A DNA stretch of 60,332 nt, the filler included, from Asterionella formosa (Eukaryota), in NCBI GenBank assembly GCA_002256025.1. It is 9 parts of 9 records of this genome, joined end to end, with 100 filler letters (N's around TTAATTAATTAA, not from the genome) between each part and the next. Parts side by side here need not be neighbours in the genome. Positions count along the whole stretch, not along the records: positions 26,885 to 33,498 come from NKIB01012657.1; positions 33,599 to 40,215 come from NKIB01012658.1; 7 more parts are not named here. One strand, written 5' to 3'. The position numbers and the translations under genes are program-made. The number at the start of each line of letters is the position of its first letter. Positions within the stretch are counted from its first letter, which is position 1. Shown in pieces: positions 26,885-39,587 of the stretch. Under the pieces are notes generated by a model that saw nothing but the letters and a program-made list of their open reading frames with translations, did not search any database and had not been told where the DNA came from.

Positions 26885-27827
26885 AAGCCACGGCGGTTCA
26901 ATAGTGCAGTTGAATTTGCTGCGATTCGCCTTGTGTACAATCAGCTTCGTGCTGGTGATTGCGCTTGTTCAGTCATGTCGCTTGCTGCCAAGCTGCGGCG
27001 CTTGTCTGGACAAGATGTTAGCTTGACTGCCATGTAGCAGTGTGTAGCTCGTTGGTGCGCTTCGCAAAACATTGTATATTGTTGTATCACCCACACAGCA
27101 AAAAAAAAGATGTACTGAGTGTCATGCAAGAGTGGTATCTCTAGTATATTAACATGCAGTTTGATTCTTGAAGTGTCACATCATTTTCCTAGTATCGTAA
27201 ATATAGATGAAACAAACATTTATTTTGATATGGCGGGCGGGCTTACCCTAGCTGATGGAGGTGCCAACAATCAGCTTACGCACAAATGGCAGCAGCATTC
27301 GTTGCACAGTGCTGTTGGGTTTTCAATGTCTAAAGAGAAGCTTGTGCTCCTCTTGTTTTTTGAGAAATTAACAATTAAAAGTTTGATTATCCCCCACAGA
27401 TTGCTTATTGTTGTCAGACAAAAGCATGGGTTCAGAAAGTCGGTTTTTTCATTGTAGACTTGCAACATTCGGAAGCCATGGAAAATCAGCCAGTCATGGC
27501 ACCCAGCCATCCTACATTCGGATGGATGCGTTTCAGATGCATGTGATGGCAACAAGCCTCAATGAAATTAAGGATTGTGGAACTAATGTGGACTTCATTT
27601 GTGGAGGATGCACCTCCAAACTACAGGTGTTGGAAATCGGAGTAAATAAACCCTTCAAGGGCTATGTTAGGGATGCTCATGAGAACTGGATAGTCGCAAA
27701 TCCTCATGGCACAAAGGTGAAGCGTCGAGATGTTGCTCAGTGGGTTTGGACAGCTTGGGAGAGGTTTTCACAATCAACAATTTTGAACACTTGGAATTCA
27801 GTTGATTACATCGTAAGTAACGACTGA
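26885..27827 (+). pseudogene. pogo-like (DDE_1) transposase remnant
   Basis: IVNIDETNIYFDM, MDAFQMH and GGCTSKLQVLEIGVNKPFKGYVR are pogo/CENP-B-type DDD motifs; frameshifted. Confidence 0.85.
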
Positions 27828-28057
27828 AGGCCATATATTGGTCAAAAATTATACTGTCACTATTAATGTAACTTCACACTCTGTTTATGCATGCTCTTCT
27901 GTTCCAGTATTGATTTGTAGATGTCTCCTGGCCTTTAATATCCTCTATCAAGCAGAATGAAGCAATTCCGGAATTCCTCTTGCTTTTTTTCTCATCAGAG
28001 AATTTTTGTGAGCGCAGCAACCTCAAGGGCTAGAACAATGAATTATATGGTAGTTGT

Positions 28058-29580
28058 TGCTGAAGGCAATACACGCCTGAGGTGGTCTCTTGCCTGCGAG
28101 TATGCATGTGTTCAAGGCTGGGTGGCGCAAGTAGGTTGACCGTACGAGTGGCTCCCCTGGCGCTGCGATAAGGTCACCCTACAAGTGCCATCCCAGCCAA
28201 GTACACATGTATAAAAGAAGGCAAGTAGCCGCCAAGAAGGGTATTGTTGAGGCAATTCCCGCTCTAGCTATCATTGCGTCATTCACTTACCTACTGCCCA
28301 CAAATAAAGCATAAATGTCAATATTAGTCTACTATTGCCCATCATACAAAGCACATTTCGTTTATTTCCTACTATCTTCACCTCAAAAATTGCCAAAGGT
28401 CCGATATTGCCCATTTTGGGATTGCCGAAATCGGCATGGGGTCTACTTAAGGAAACCATTTTATATACTATACATGCTCAATTTCGTCCTCACAATTATA
28501 ATTCTCACTCTATCCTACCTGCCGTTGCTCAATTTGGGCTTGCAACAGGAACTTTCGACTTTCTTGTTATGCGCCCATCATCTGCTGCGTGTTACGCTTG
28601 TTAGAGCGGACTGGTTAGTACAACAGTCAAACACTGAATGTGATTGTAGATACGATTTTCGAGTTTCCTATTTGATTGCTTCCATGGTCTGTTTTGATTG
28701 CTTCTATCGTTCCGCTCTGTCGTTTTGATTCAATTGTAACTATCCACACAAGGGCATATATATGTATCAATGACTACTCTTTGAAGATGTGGTATCGTGC
28801 CGTTGTTGATCTTATTTCTTGATTTGTATAGTTGTTGACCATGATGTAAATGTTGCTGCCAAGCAATGTTTTTCTTGTACCAATGCGCTTTGCTACCTCT
28901 ACTATGAGTTTGTATCACAAGCTACATAAATACTCAGCTAGAGGGAGTCGATAGTGCTGGAGCAGCCTGGCGATCACGCTTGCTTAGAATGGAATGATCA
29001 GGGTTGCTTGTTTGGTGGGAGGAATGCCTGTGGCGGAAAGACTACTACTGGTGTCAGGCTACTACAGCGATGTGAATGGTTGCAGCAACGAGATCATCTA
29101 TGCTACATAACGATGCAGGTATAAATGGGGTTCAGCTTTTTTCTTCTTATTTCGGTCTTCGATTGTGTGGTGATGGGAAGTCAATGTTACCTGTGTAAGT
29201 ACTACAATGTCACAATGCATACTATGTTTCCATTGAAACTCCTATTTCTTACTTCATTTCTAACCCAAAAACCAATTTTTTCTATTTCTTCATTTGATGC
29301 TACTTATTAAATCGCATTTCATACTTTGGTTGTTTCAAACATCATGTTCAACAATTTTCATTGATGATGCATGTTACAATCATTCTTGTGTGTTTTACGC
29401 TTGTTGTACCATCTCTATGCATATTACCATTATTCTGGTTGTCATGCTAAAATCGGCAATTTTATTGCCGGAAAAATTCGATGTGCCCCATATTGCCATT
29501 AAATAAAAATTACTGAAGAAATTACTTAGTACTTAAAAGTACCCGAATAGCAAGACAATAGCTGGAGCGGGAATTGCTGA
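28058..29580 (+). mobile_element. Non-coding hairpin element (family H), complete copy A, 1523 bp
   Basis: Direct repeat (T)TGCTGA at 28057-28063 and 29574-29580. 197-nt hairpin at 28058-28254. Inverted repeat ATTCCCGCTC(T/C)AGCTAT at 28255 and, reverse-complemented, ending at 29574. Homologous to the copies at 39582, 52960 and 60021. Confidence 0.85.
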
Positions 29581-30033
29581 CATAATGATGGACAATGACT
29601 ACCAGTATGCCTTTACTGTTGCAAGGTCAAGAGTCCAGGGTATAACAGTATATAATATTAAACATACAAAGTATATACAGACTCTATACTGATAGTTGGG
29701 TTTATGGTTGCTACATTCTAAGAATTCAACATGGAATCCTTCACATAGGAAGCTTTAGAAAAAAGTTACCAAAACATAATGTGTTTAGGTAACTTATTGG
29801 GATATGAGCACGGAATCCCCTAAAGCAAACGCATTTCCATTGGGTTTTTCATTCCCATTAGCATTGCTTTTTTGGGTTACCAAAGCCAAAACACTGTTTG
29901 GTTGGCATTTTGGTCCACAGTTAGCAACAGCCTTAACAGTGAAGCTGAGATACTAATATATGTTAAACAAATTTCAAAAATGAGCACTGTTTGCAAAACC
30001 TGACAAGCAAGGTTCTATGTAGCTCAATCGATG

Positions 30034-31236
30034 TTACCAAAAGTTCAAGAGATGGTCTTGCCCGTTTGGTGGATCTAACATCTGAAACGTGCTCCGATCT
30101 GGTTGGCGCATAAAAAATACCCACCAGCTCACATTTGTATAGGCTGTTCCAATAACATATTTGGCTGACACCAGGCCAAGTAACTCAACAAAAAACTTTT
30201 CATAATGAGCATCTGTCTGTTCTATAGTCCAGTCTTTCATATCCCTGAGGGTGAACCCATGAAGATCTGACGAATCCTTGGTTGTAACGTCACATTCACT
30301 CACAAATGTCCATGCTGGTCGGAGCGAGCGGAGCTCGCCAAGAGCGCTGCAGTCATCGGTTGCCACAAAGATAGTTGGTACTCTACCATCAAATATAGTA
30401 CCAATTGCTTTCTGCGCTTCGTCAATGTACATGCTCATCTCGAGATAAATTATTCCTTCAGTTGTTTTATCGCCTCGACGAACTGACATTGCCATGTATT
30501 CATCCGATGACGGCAAATGCGTCTCTAATCCCGAACAAGCCCGCTGTCGGAACCGCGGAAGGAATCTCCACATGCGCTTCATCATGGTACGCTTCAAGTA
30601 ATGACCTTCAACTTGTTGATAGAAGAGATTATCAATGGAAGATGTGCTGTTTGCTGGGCGACGTACACGTAAATCATCCCAGAGTGCAACAAAATTTTGA
30701 TACTCATACGACCCATCATTGAAGGCTTGTTTCACCTTTGGGTGGTCCTTTTGAAGGCCAATGGGCTCAAAGTATCTGTTGACAATAGAAGGGATAGGGT
30801 CTTCACCCTGATCTTTATTTCGTAATCGCAGATGCGAGTTTGATTCATCCAAGTAGAAGCACCTGTTTTGTTCAAAGGATAGAATCGCTCCCAGCAATAC
30901 TCCCTTGAATGCATTCGTCATACCTCCAATGAGGCGAATCACATTCAGTGGTTTATTTGGATCACATCGCTCATACGGTAGGCGGCCAAGGTCTGTTTCA
31001 ACGCACCAATCTCTGGCTCCCTCGGGGAGTGCAAAAGGAAAAGGGTTGAGGGGATCATAATCGGAAATGGGAGCTACTTTTGATTCTTCTGTTCGTGGGT
31101 CCAATCTTCTGGTCGTCAACCTCTGACGAACCAGAAATGCGTCTGAAAGGCCTGATGGCTGTTTATTTACTGTCCATGCCACAAAGCCAAGTAGAGCGAG
31201 GCCGGGAATCGAAGTAAGTAATCCAAGCATAGACAT
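30034..31236 (-). CDS. Type II membrane fucosyltransferase-like glycosyltransferase (GT23/GT11 fold)
   Basis: 400-aa intact ORF with an N-terminal TM and GDP-fucose motifs SVRRGDK, IFVATDD and IGTAYTNVS. Confidence 0.8.
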   Translation of the reverse strand: MSMLGLLTSIPGLALLGFVAWTVNKQPSGLSDAFLVRQRLTTRRLDPRTEESKVAPISDYDPLNPFPFALPEGARDWCVETDLGRLPYERCDPNKPLNVIRLIGGMTNAFKGVLLGAILSFEQNRCFYLDESNSHLRLRNKDQGEDPIPSIVNRYFEPIGLQKDHPKVKQAFNDGSYEYQNFVALWDDLRVRRPANSTSSIDNLFYQQVEGHYLKRTMMKRMWRFLPRFRQRACSGLETHLPSSDEYMAMSVRRGDKTTEGIIYLEMSMYIDEAQKAIGTIFDGRVPTIFVATDDCSALGELRSLRPAWTFVSECDVTTKDSSDLHGFTLRDMKDWTIEQTDAHYEKFFVELLGLVSAKYVIGTAYTNVSWWVFFMRQPDRSTFQMLDPPNGQDHLLNFW

Positions 31237-32038
31237 GGTCAGTTCGATTTATGCGTTTGGGTGGAAGATCTCGAATGAATGTACCCTAGGTGAGCGAGAT
31301 GAAAGTTATTTCCGCCTTTTTCACAAGAACAAAAACGACTATGTTGTATACTATTGTCATATTTATACCCACAGACCAATTGCGTCTGGACAGTACAATT
31401 GCCCAACCGCCGTTATGACACCTCCTTGTTGCCATGGGACAATTTGACCAACACGATGGAACTGGTACAGCCAGAAGATCAGGGTCATACTGAGCTTGAT
31501 TGTCTGTGTGAAAGATAAATAACAAAGTGGGAGGAGCAAATGATTCCCAGAACGTTACCTTGTCTACACGACTATCGAATAAGTTTATTCTCCAAACTTC
31601 AATATGGCATCTGAATCGGGGAATGGCTCGGTCATTTGGAGAGAAACGCCGGTGTCCGCTGTGCTAGGAGCTATGTAGCATAACAGCAAGTTGTGGTAAT
31701 TTTGCTAATTGCCATACCGGGTAGTCATAGCAACGTAGGTCGTCGTGCCGGTAATAGTGATTACAATATCAAATTGATACTTCTGTATCTCTTCGATTTC
31801 CCTTCAATATATATAACCGGCTGGCTTGTTATCTCGAATTATATTTAACTTCAAATTGATTTAGCTAAACTGTCGAGACCAATCTGTTTTGCTTATTCAG
31901 CCATTTGCTTCCATACGTTTTTTGCTTGAAGTTTTACCGTTTTGCTTCAAGCATTCCGAATTTGCTGTATCATTTCCGGGGTGTGGGCAAACAATAACTG
32001 TTGGGATCAAAACACGGTACCAGTCAAAAACTGCTTAA

Positions 32039-33248
32039 GACCACTATATTACCCCGTTTTTGGACTAAATTAGAAAAATGTTCAGCCGACCCCATTTAAA
32101 ACCCTTTGAATAGAGGTCAAGTAATGCATGCAAGTCCTAGATAAATGAATCATTTTAACAATTGGAAGGATTTATCTTGTGATATCGAACTTTTTCAGTC
32201 GTTCATTTTGCATTTCAGTGGTCTTAAGCCATATATATAGTTTTCATCATGGAGATATATTTGTACTTGTCCCCCCCTTCTCACCGGAAAGTTGTGTTTG
32301 TTCAGTCTCATGCTGATCAGGTCTATCTGTTAGATAATTGTTTCTCACACTGCTGTTTTCATCTGAGTTAAATGTAACTGTTGTCAAAGTGGATGCAGTA
32401 GTGAAGTTTCTGGTTGCAAAGGTAAGTATGCTGCTAGTTTCAATTTGATTTGCTGGGGAGTAATCCAATAGAACTGTAGAATTTAAACCCCCTACTACTA
32501 GATCTGTGTTGTTGTTGTTCATTTTCTTCAAATGGTACATCACCATGTCTTTTGTTAGCCACGTAATTTAGCCACCTTTGTTTGCTACTAATCTAGTGAT
32601 AGTACCATATAGTAACACTCCTCCATTGTTAGCCTTTGTAGCTTCTAGCTAGTTCTCTAACAATGTTGTTTAGAACAAGCTTTACTATTTCCTTATCTAG
32701 AGTCTTACACAACTCTGCACTTTGCTCGAGGTTTGGTGCATCTTCGGTTCGTAATAGTACTACCGGTGGAAAGATCCGAAAATATGAAAATAGATATGGT
32801 ATTTTTTGTTTGTCTCCAGAGCATTTCAGGATGCATACCGGTATATATGATGTTGACAGTACAAAGTCACTCAATTTCTATTGTGCGAACTATAGGGCAT
32901 GTTTAAATTGGGATGTTGCACACAATCGCGCCATAGTAATAATCCACCTGAAGAAAAGCGTTAAAGGAAATTATATTAATTTGGAGTATAAAACTTTAAG
33001 AAATATTGTATATGAAGATAAAATGTCGGCCCAGCTAAACGAGGTAATTTTATTTTCTTCCGATGTGCCTCACTCAACATGTTCGTGGTCGTTTATCTCA
33101 ACAACTGGAACACAACATCGATTGGGCGTCAAGACATCCTATATGCAGATGCGTGAAACAAATGACTTTTTCATAGTAAATATTGTCGTATTGCTAAAAT
33201 TTGAAAAATTTGTAGTACAAAATGTAAGATTACCTCGTTATAGTGGTC
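32039..33248. mobile_element. Harbinger-like non-autonomous element, TAA TSD
   Basis: TAA-GACCACTATA ... TATAGTGGTC-TAA. A second ATAGTGGTC-TAA end lies at 33271, directly followed by another element start GGGTCGTTCTTATCATT. Confidence 0.55.
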
Positions 33249-33599
33249 TAAGCAGCCAGTTCATAGTGGTCTAAGGGTCGTTCTTATCATTTTCGATTTG
33301 GTATCATTTTTTTTGAAAAAGTATCATGTAATGGCTACTCGATTTAAACCGAAAAAATCCATTCTCCACATAAATAAAAATGAAATTGTATCACCAAAAA
33401 GTATCACGAAAATTCAACGGTTACGGGCTGGCTACAAACATGTGCTTTTCTTTCCTGACTACCGGTACATAATGATGCCAAACCAGTCCTCAAACCATNN
33501 NNNNNNNNNNNNNNNNNNNNNNNNNNNNNNNNNNNNNNNNNNTTAATTAATTAANNNNNNNNNNNNNNNNNNNNNNNNNNNNNNNNNNNNNNNNNNNNA

Positions 33600-34420
33600 C
33601 CTAGTATGTACCTTAAATTTTATCATCCTCCTCTGAACAAGGCAAGCTGGAATCTGGAGTGTCCAGTATTTGAATAATCTGCTATTCTTATTTTATTGGG
33701 TAAACCTGACTACTGGTATATTGTAATTCACCCACATAGTAGTACTGACATTGCTGCCAGTTGTTCTGGCACTCAGCATCATTTACAGCAGACTGGATCC
33801 CAATCAGTTCTTGTTGTACATATCACTACGCCGTGGTATTACACCCACTACAATTCTGCTTCAAGCATTTCAAATGCCTCCCTTTGAATTGGTGCTGGCC
33901 AGCAGTACTTTATGTTAGCTCAGTACAGCTCATGTTTTGCAGGACATATATTACCTTTCTCCTGGCATTGAGTGTCATGATATGTTCATAGATGGGTGAT
34001 TGAGCTTCAACTCAATGTCTCTGTGGACTATACAGATATCTTTGACCTTGACATTATGAAACCTACACTCAAAGCTTCACTAAGAGTTTACTGACCTTGG
34101 GAGCATTTTCTCCAACATCATGTTTTACATGCCAGTGGGCACCGACTATTGGACAGGCAGCCAATTCAAAGTTTTTGCATGCGTACCTGGAATATATCCA
34201 TTCTATAACAATGGTGCACGCATTACTAGTCATGCTACTGTCCAACATTTCAATCCCAAGCTAGTTTTCAGAAGCTGATACTCTAAAGTCAAAGTGCAAA
34301 ATGCATAAAAAAGCAAGTGTTCATCACATGTGGAATATGTCTATACTTGTCCCTAGCCTTCTGAATTCTTTACAGACATACCTAGACCTTCAACATTAAA
34401 ATTCAAATGGTAATGATAAT
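33600..34420 (-). pseudogene. Possible degraded non-LTR retrotransposon endonuclease remnant
   Basis: The minus strand gives HLNFNVEGLG, resembling the NVNGL start of APE domains; heavily disrupted. Confidence 0.25.
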
Positions 34421-35472
34421 GCATAAATGATGACAAGTGCTGCATGATGTAACATGGGACCGAATTAACAGCAATGTCGTGCTTCAATGGACACACAAAT
34501 CATGTCTTTGGATGGTACTAGTACTATGACAAGAAAAATATTGTTACCTTGCTTATTCACCATCAATAATGTTTGCGAGATGGTAGCATTATCCTTTTGA
34601 TTCACTTGAACACTGAGATTCTTGACAGGTCCTGTAACAACTTCCGCACTGTAGCTCCAGTGACCTCTGTACCTACTTCTCCAGCTGCAATACATCGTTC
34701 CCTATCACTGAAGCCTCAATCACTTCTTGCTATTGTAGTTCCATTCATCAAGATCTCATACTGATCCCTAATAATAGTAGCCTCATCAATACCAAAGCCA
34801 CCATGAAAGCCAGCAGTAATTCCCTCCCTACTAAGATCAACTGGCAAGCCTTCGTTATGGATCGATTGTCTCATTGTCTGAACTATGCCTACCATATAGA
34901 CTAGTTGCGAAATGTCAATTAAATTTTATATTATGTTAAAGCTATCTAATAATTACACTTATGCCACTTGAATGGAAACAATTAGTACCGGTTTTATTCT
35001 TCTGTACCACGGTACAACGGGACCTGTACCTTCATCAGCCTCACCCCACGGAACCCTAGGGACTACATGAAAAAGACAGGTGGAGAATTCAGAAATTGAA
35101 CCCGCCACCTCATGAGGTGTGAATTAAGCTATTATCCACCATATAGACTAGTTGCACTTGATTATTGATGATTTGTCTCAGTACATAGTAGACTACCTGG
35201 TGCTCCTTTATGATGATAGCTTACATATGGGAATAAGCAGCATCATGAAATAATGTATTGACACCGATAACACAGTAAAACAAGTTCGCTTGTAGGGGAA
35301 GGCGATCAAACAACAGAACATGGAAACAAGGAAGACACCATGATGACACCCAATCTGACTCAAAATAACAATCAAGGCAATATATTATAAGCGATTTGTT
35401 CCATTTGCTCTTTCATTCACAAGTAATATTTTATGCATCAGCCCCATAAAAGCCTAAACCACTCCAGGCTGC

Positions 35473-36098
35473 ATGAGCATCAAATGGCGGGAAGCCCTAG
35501 GACAACAAGCGGGAGAGATCAATGAAACAAGCACTAAAAGCAAGATTTGGGCGAAAACCGCTATATCCCACCTATGGAAACTTGCTCAGGGAGCATGGAA
35601 GGCTAGGAACAAAGAATTACAAAGAGAAACACGCAGACATCGCGCAATCAGCTCAGAATGAAAAGATTTGTATGATATATCAATTACAAAGCGAAATGTA
35701 AAACAGACATAAATCATTTCATACACAGATTTACACACAATGCTGCAATCCAGGAGCAACAAGAAAAAAGGTTTCTGGAAAGGGCTGAATTTTTCATAGC
35801 AGCCTCGAGAAAAATGGCAGCCATGGGACAACAAACAATAGTAACACAGCATTTCAGTCATGCATCCAGTCCATGGGAGGAGTCATCAAGGATACCCCCA
35901 AAAACACCAAGTGTCACCACGCAACAAACAATATTCGCAATCCAGGCCTGCAACCTGCAAGATTGTCCCCCAGTGGTTTCAATGAACCTGGCTCAGAACC
36001 TAGATACAACAACTTTCCGCGACTCCTACATGATGGAGTGGTCTCCACGAAAACCTCCACTGCCCCCTTCTATGGGCTATGGAGCACAACAAATATAA
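35473..36098 (+). pseudogene. C-terminal remnant of a non-LTR retrotransposon ORF
   Basis: WAKTAISHLWKLAQGAWKARNKELQ carries the W..RN motif typical of LINE RT C-termini; broken frames follow. Confidence 0.45.
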
Positions 36099-36149
36099 TC
36101 CTGTCACTAGGCTAGTACTAATGCACTATAAAAATTATTACCACATAGA

Positions 36150-37131
36150 CTAAACCACTCCAGGCTTTCCAAAGATTTTGAAATTGTTTTCAAGGGCAAC
36201 TTGAATCATATCAAAGGACATGAAAATAATTCCTTGTCCAGGAACTACACGGCCCAAGCGGGGGACGACTCCAGCATATAATGCGGCAACGCCTTCCTTG
36301 GAAATGATTTGTTTGAAGCAATCCATAGTGCTGGAGTACTGAGAAGCCTTTGTTCCTTGCATTCGGGTCTAAAGAGTCGGGTACCATTGAAAAGGGGTAA
36401 AGTGAGACTGTGACAAAATCAAATGGCAAATCGCATTAAAATTTCAACAAAGAAACAAACAAATTTACCTTGACGACATCAAATGGATTGTTTCCCAAAG
36501 TGCTAAAGCATCCAGCACTCATACCACCCAACAAACCAATCAAAGGCGTTGTCGCTTTTTCACCGTCATTGGTAACGATCCGCTTGTATTCGTTGAACCA
36601 CATGAAGCGTAATCCTTGATTCGATCCTTGCTTCAAGGCAGTTGCAAATGCACCTTGATAAATACCTCCAATACCTTCTGTCGCTATAATGTGCTTGAAT
36701 CCCTTGACGAAAGGCAAATCCATTTCAATGCACTTCGTTTTCACTGTCTCGACAGGAGCCACAATGATAATTGCTTCACTAACACCAGCACCGAGACCGG
36801 CCACAAAGTTCTTGGCCACGGTCAAATTACCTTTCTCGTCACGCAACATGTCCTTGATGACACTGTTGAGGCCGAAACGGATACCAGCCTTGGGGATGGA
36901 TCCCAACAACGTGGGCGCCAAACCTCGATACAGAGAAATAACTCCTGTGGTCCTGACAGTGTAGGTGAGACCGGAAATCATGCCCGTATATGGCAACTTG
37001 GCTCCCTTCGTCTTGGACTGAAGCTGCAGTTGGGTCTTGATGTACTCCATGGGCCAGACGGCTGTTGCTTCCACCCCGCCGGCGATACAACCGGCACTCA
37101 TCGCCAACCAGGGATTGCCGCTCTTGCCCAT
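36150..37131 (-). CDS. Mitochondrial carrier (SLC25), citrate/tricarboxylate transporter-like; complement(join(36150..36368,36469..37131))
   Basis: Three PxD/ExxK signatures (WPMEYIKTQLQ, APVETVKTK, NPFDVVK-TRMQ across the GT-AG intron at 36369-36468). Substrate contacts KAGIRF, KQGSNQ and PRLGR are citrate-carrier-like. Confidence 0.92.
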
Positions 37132-38459
37132 GATAAAAGTATGATTTGATTAGAAGAACTGTGCTGTAAGAAAAGGCAAAAAAAACAGTCAAAGCAAGAA
37201 ATGTCGCTCGATCGGTTCTTCGGTAGTTGTAATGCGATCCTGAACTGGGAATGCAAGCAAAAGAACAGAAGTTAATCGGCATGCATTCTTTGTTGCGTTT
37301 ATGGCGAAGGCGTCCAACAGATGTTCTTATCACCGGTGCTTAGCCTTGGATTGATGGCTTGTGATTGGTCAGCAGGTCGACTTTTTTGTTGCTGGGTTCG
37401 CATCAAGTGACCACTGCCTCGCGTAAAATAGTGGTAATAATTAGTATTGTATACGAAGGAAACAGGGATGTGCACGAAGCGCGCATTTAAACCACAGAAA
37501 AAACAGGAAAGATTGGAATACAGGCAGGCTGAGGAAAAATTGAGCAACCATGCACGGGAGCCAATTAAAAAACCTAGCAAAAATTGAAGATGAAGTTCGA
37601 AAGCAAGCAAGCAAGCAACATGTAAACCATAGAAGAAGAAGGTCATGGAAGAGTCGATCTGCCAGAGAACAACCATGCAGAGGGTTCAAGGCAGAAAGCT
37701 CACAATTCTGTGAATTAGCTTTCAACAAAATCAAATCGTTGATCACCAAGCCTTGCAAATTTATAGTTTTTAGATAAAAATTTACCCACCCGAACTCCCA
37801 CCCACAGCTAATGTGCAAAAATGACTGCAGCTATGGGAAACCCAGAGGAAAGGAACTACCCAAGCTACTTAGAACCAAATTCAAAAACCACCTACAAGTC
37901 TAGATTAGCTGGTGCAACAAATCAACCTCAACAAAGAATCAAAATAGTAACAAAGGACCATTCGCTGAAAAGGCAATCGAATGAGTCGGTAATTGAGTCG
38001 AAGTAACTTCGATATTCTCCTCCTATGATATATACAAAAAGGATATGATATATCATAATAGAATAATAGCGGGTTCTTTCCAGCTCATTAGGCTGATTTC
38101 AGTCTCTCTTTGAGACTCGATATGAAAACCTTGATGTCACTTTCCTTTAACTTTAGCTACGATGTGGGGTGATGCTCCCTCTGTTCTGGAAGGTCCGGTA
38201 AAACACAGTTTTTACTTAAGAAAAGATTAAGCTAAATATCTCGATTACCAGACCTTCCTGGTGAATAAAAGGGCCATACTGGTGTTCAACTATAGTTGCA
38301 ACAATTCTTTTGATCGGCCTGCTCGATCCACTTCCTTAAATAAGCCCTCAAGAAGCAATATAAATTTTATATGCAAGACGATGCTGGCAATGGGTGTGTC
38401 CATTAGATTAGTATATTTAGGTGCTGTGTATAATGCTAAATATTTATACATGTGGATCG

Positions 38460-39587
38460 TTTTTGGTATTGCCGAAATTGGCAAAGGATTTACTTAAGGA
38501 AACCATTCTATATACACTGTAGATTTAATTATCATGTATCTAGTATTCACCAATTTGTTGTCATATAGCTACATCGATTTTTTTGTTTTCTAAATATGTG
38601 GGCGGAAATGCAGCTTTGACACAGGAGCCAATCATTGACGATCATGCCCAATCTGAAGCAAGATGGGTTCATTGATTACGCCAATAACCAGCGATTCGTC
38701 TTCAAACAGATGTGGTTGTTGAATTGCTTGTCGTCTGGTGGATTCATGTCATCGCATCATACCTACTACTTTATTGTGGTGGCACCCAAAATTGCTGTTT
38801 CTAATTCAATTGATCTCCAAAAGTCTCATCATTCATTTTCAGATTATGGTTACTGGCAATTCGGATGAATGCTCTGCTTCGATAATATCATTTATTGGAC
38901 TATTGGGGAAAAATTCATGGGTTGCTCTGGTAAGGAGTCAATTTCGAGCCATATTTGTCACTTCGTTTTTTCAGAAGAATTGGTCAGTTATTATTCAAAA
39001 ATTATTCATTTAGTATGGTTTCTACGTGAAAAGCAGATATGATGTCAATGCTTTACTAGTGTGCTTTTTAGCTGCTCTAAAATATATATTTGCTCTGTTT
39101 TCATTCACTGTTATTATAATTCTAACATCTGGCTGATTATTCTACAATTCACAACATGAACTAGATGCTGTTGAATCTCTCAAACATCAGCCATGATTTC
39201 TAACCCAAAACAATTCTATATAATTCTCACATGAGGCTACTTTTTACATAGCATATCATACTTTGGTTGCTCCAAACATCATGTTCAATTTTTATTGATG
39301 TTATATGTTGCTCTCATTCTCGTATGTTATGATGCTCATTCTACCACGCAAATATGATGTATTCCCTGTATGTCATATATGCTAACTACCCTTGCTGTCA
39401 TGCTAAAATCTGCAATTTTAAGAACGCCGAAAAAATTGATGTGCCCCATATTGTCCCTAAGAAATCGAAATTCCAAACAAATTACCGGTACTCACCGGAG
39501 GTATGAAAAGCCAAATATTACATACCCAAGTACCGGTACCACTCCAAGAGCAAGACGGTATGTGGCTACTACGGGAACAATTGCTGA
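38460..39587 (+). mobile_element. Family H element, older 5'-degraded copy, head-to-tail with copy B
   Basis: 38460-38550 matches the family left-internal sequence (ATTGCCGAAAT..TACTTAAGGAAACCATT). 39200-39460 matches 29260-29500. Ends gcaagac...cgggaacaatTGCTGA. Confidence 0.75.

Noticed and set aside
28251..29577. Family H as a simple Harbinger MITE with GGCAATTCCC TIRs and TGA TSD
   Set aside because: Does not explain the conserved 197-nt hairpin outside the left repeat or the shared TGCTGA start in all copies. Disfavoured rather than excluded.
32663..33274. 203-aa ORF
   Set aside because: No recognisable motif, AT-rich, and it runs through element termini; likely spurious.
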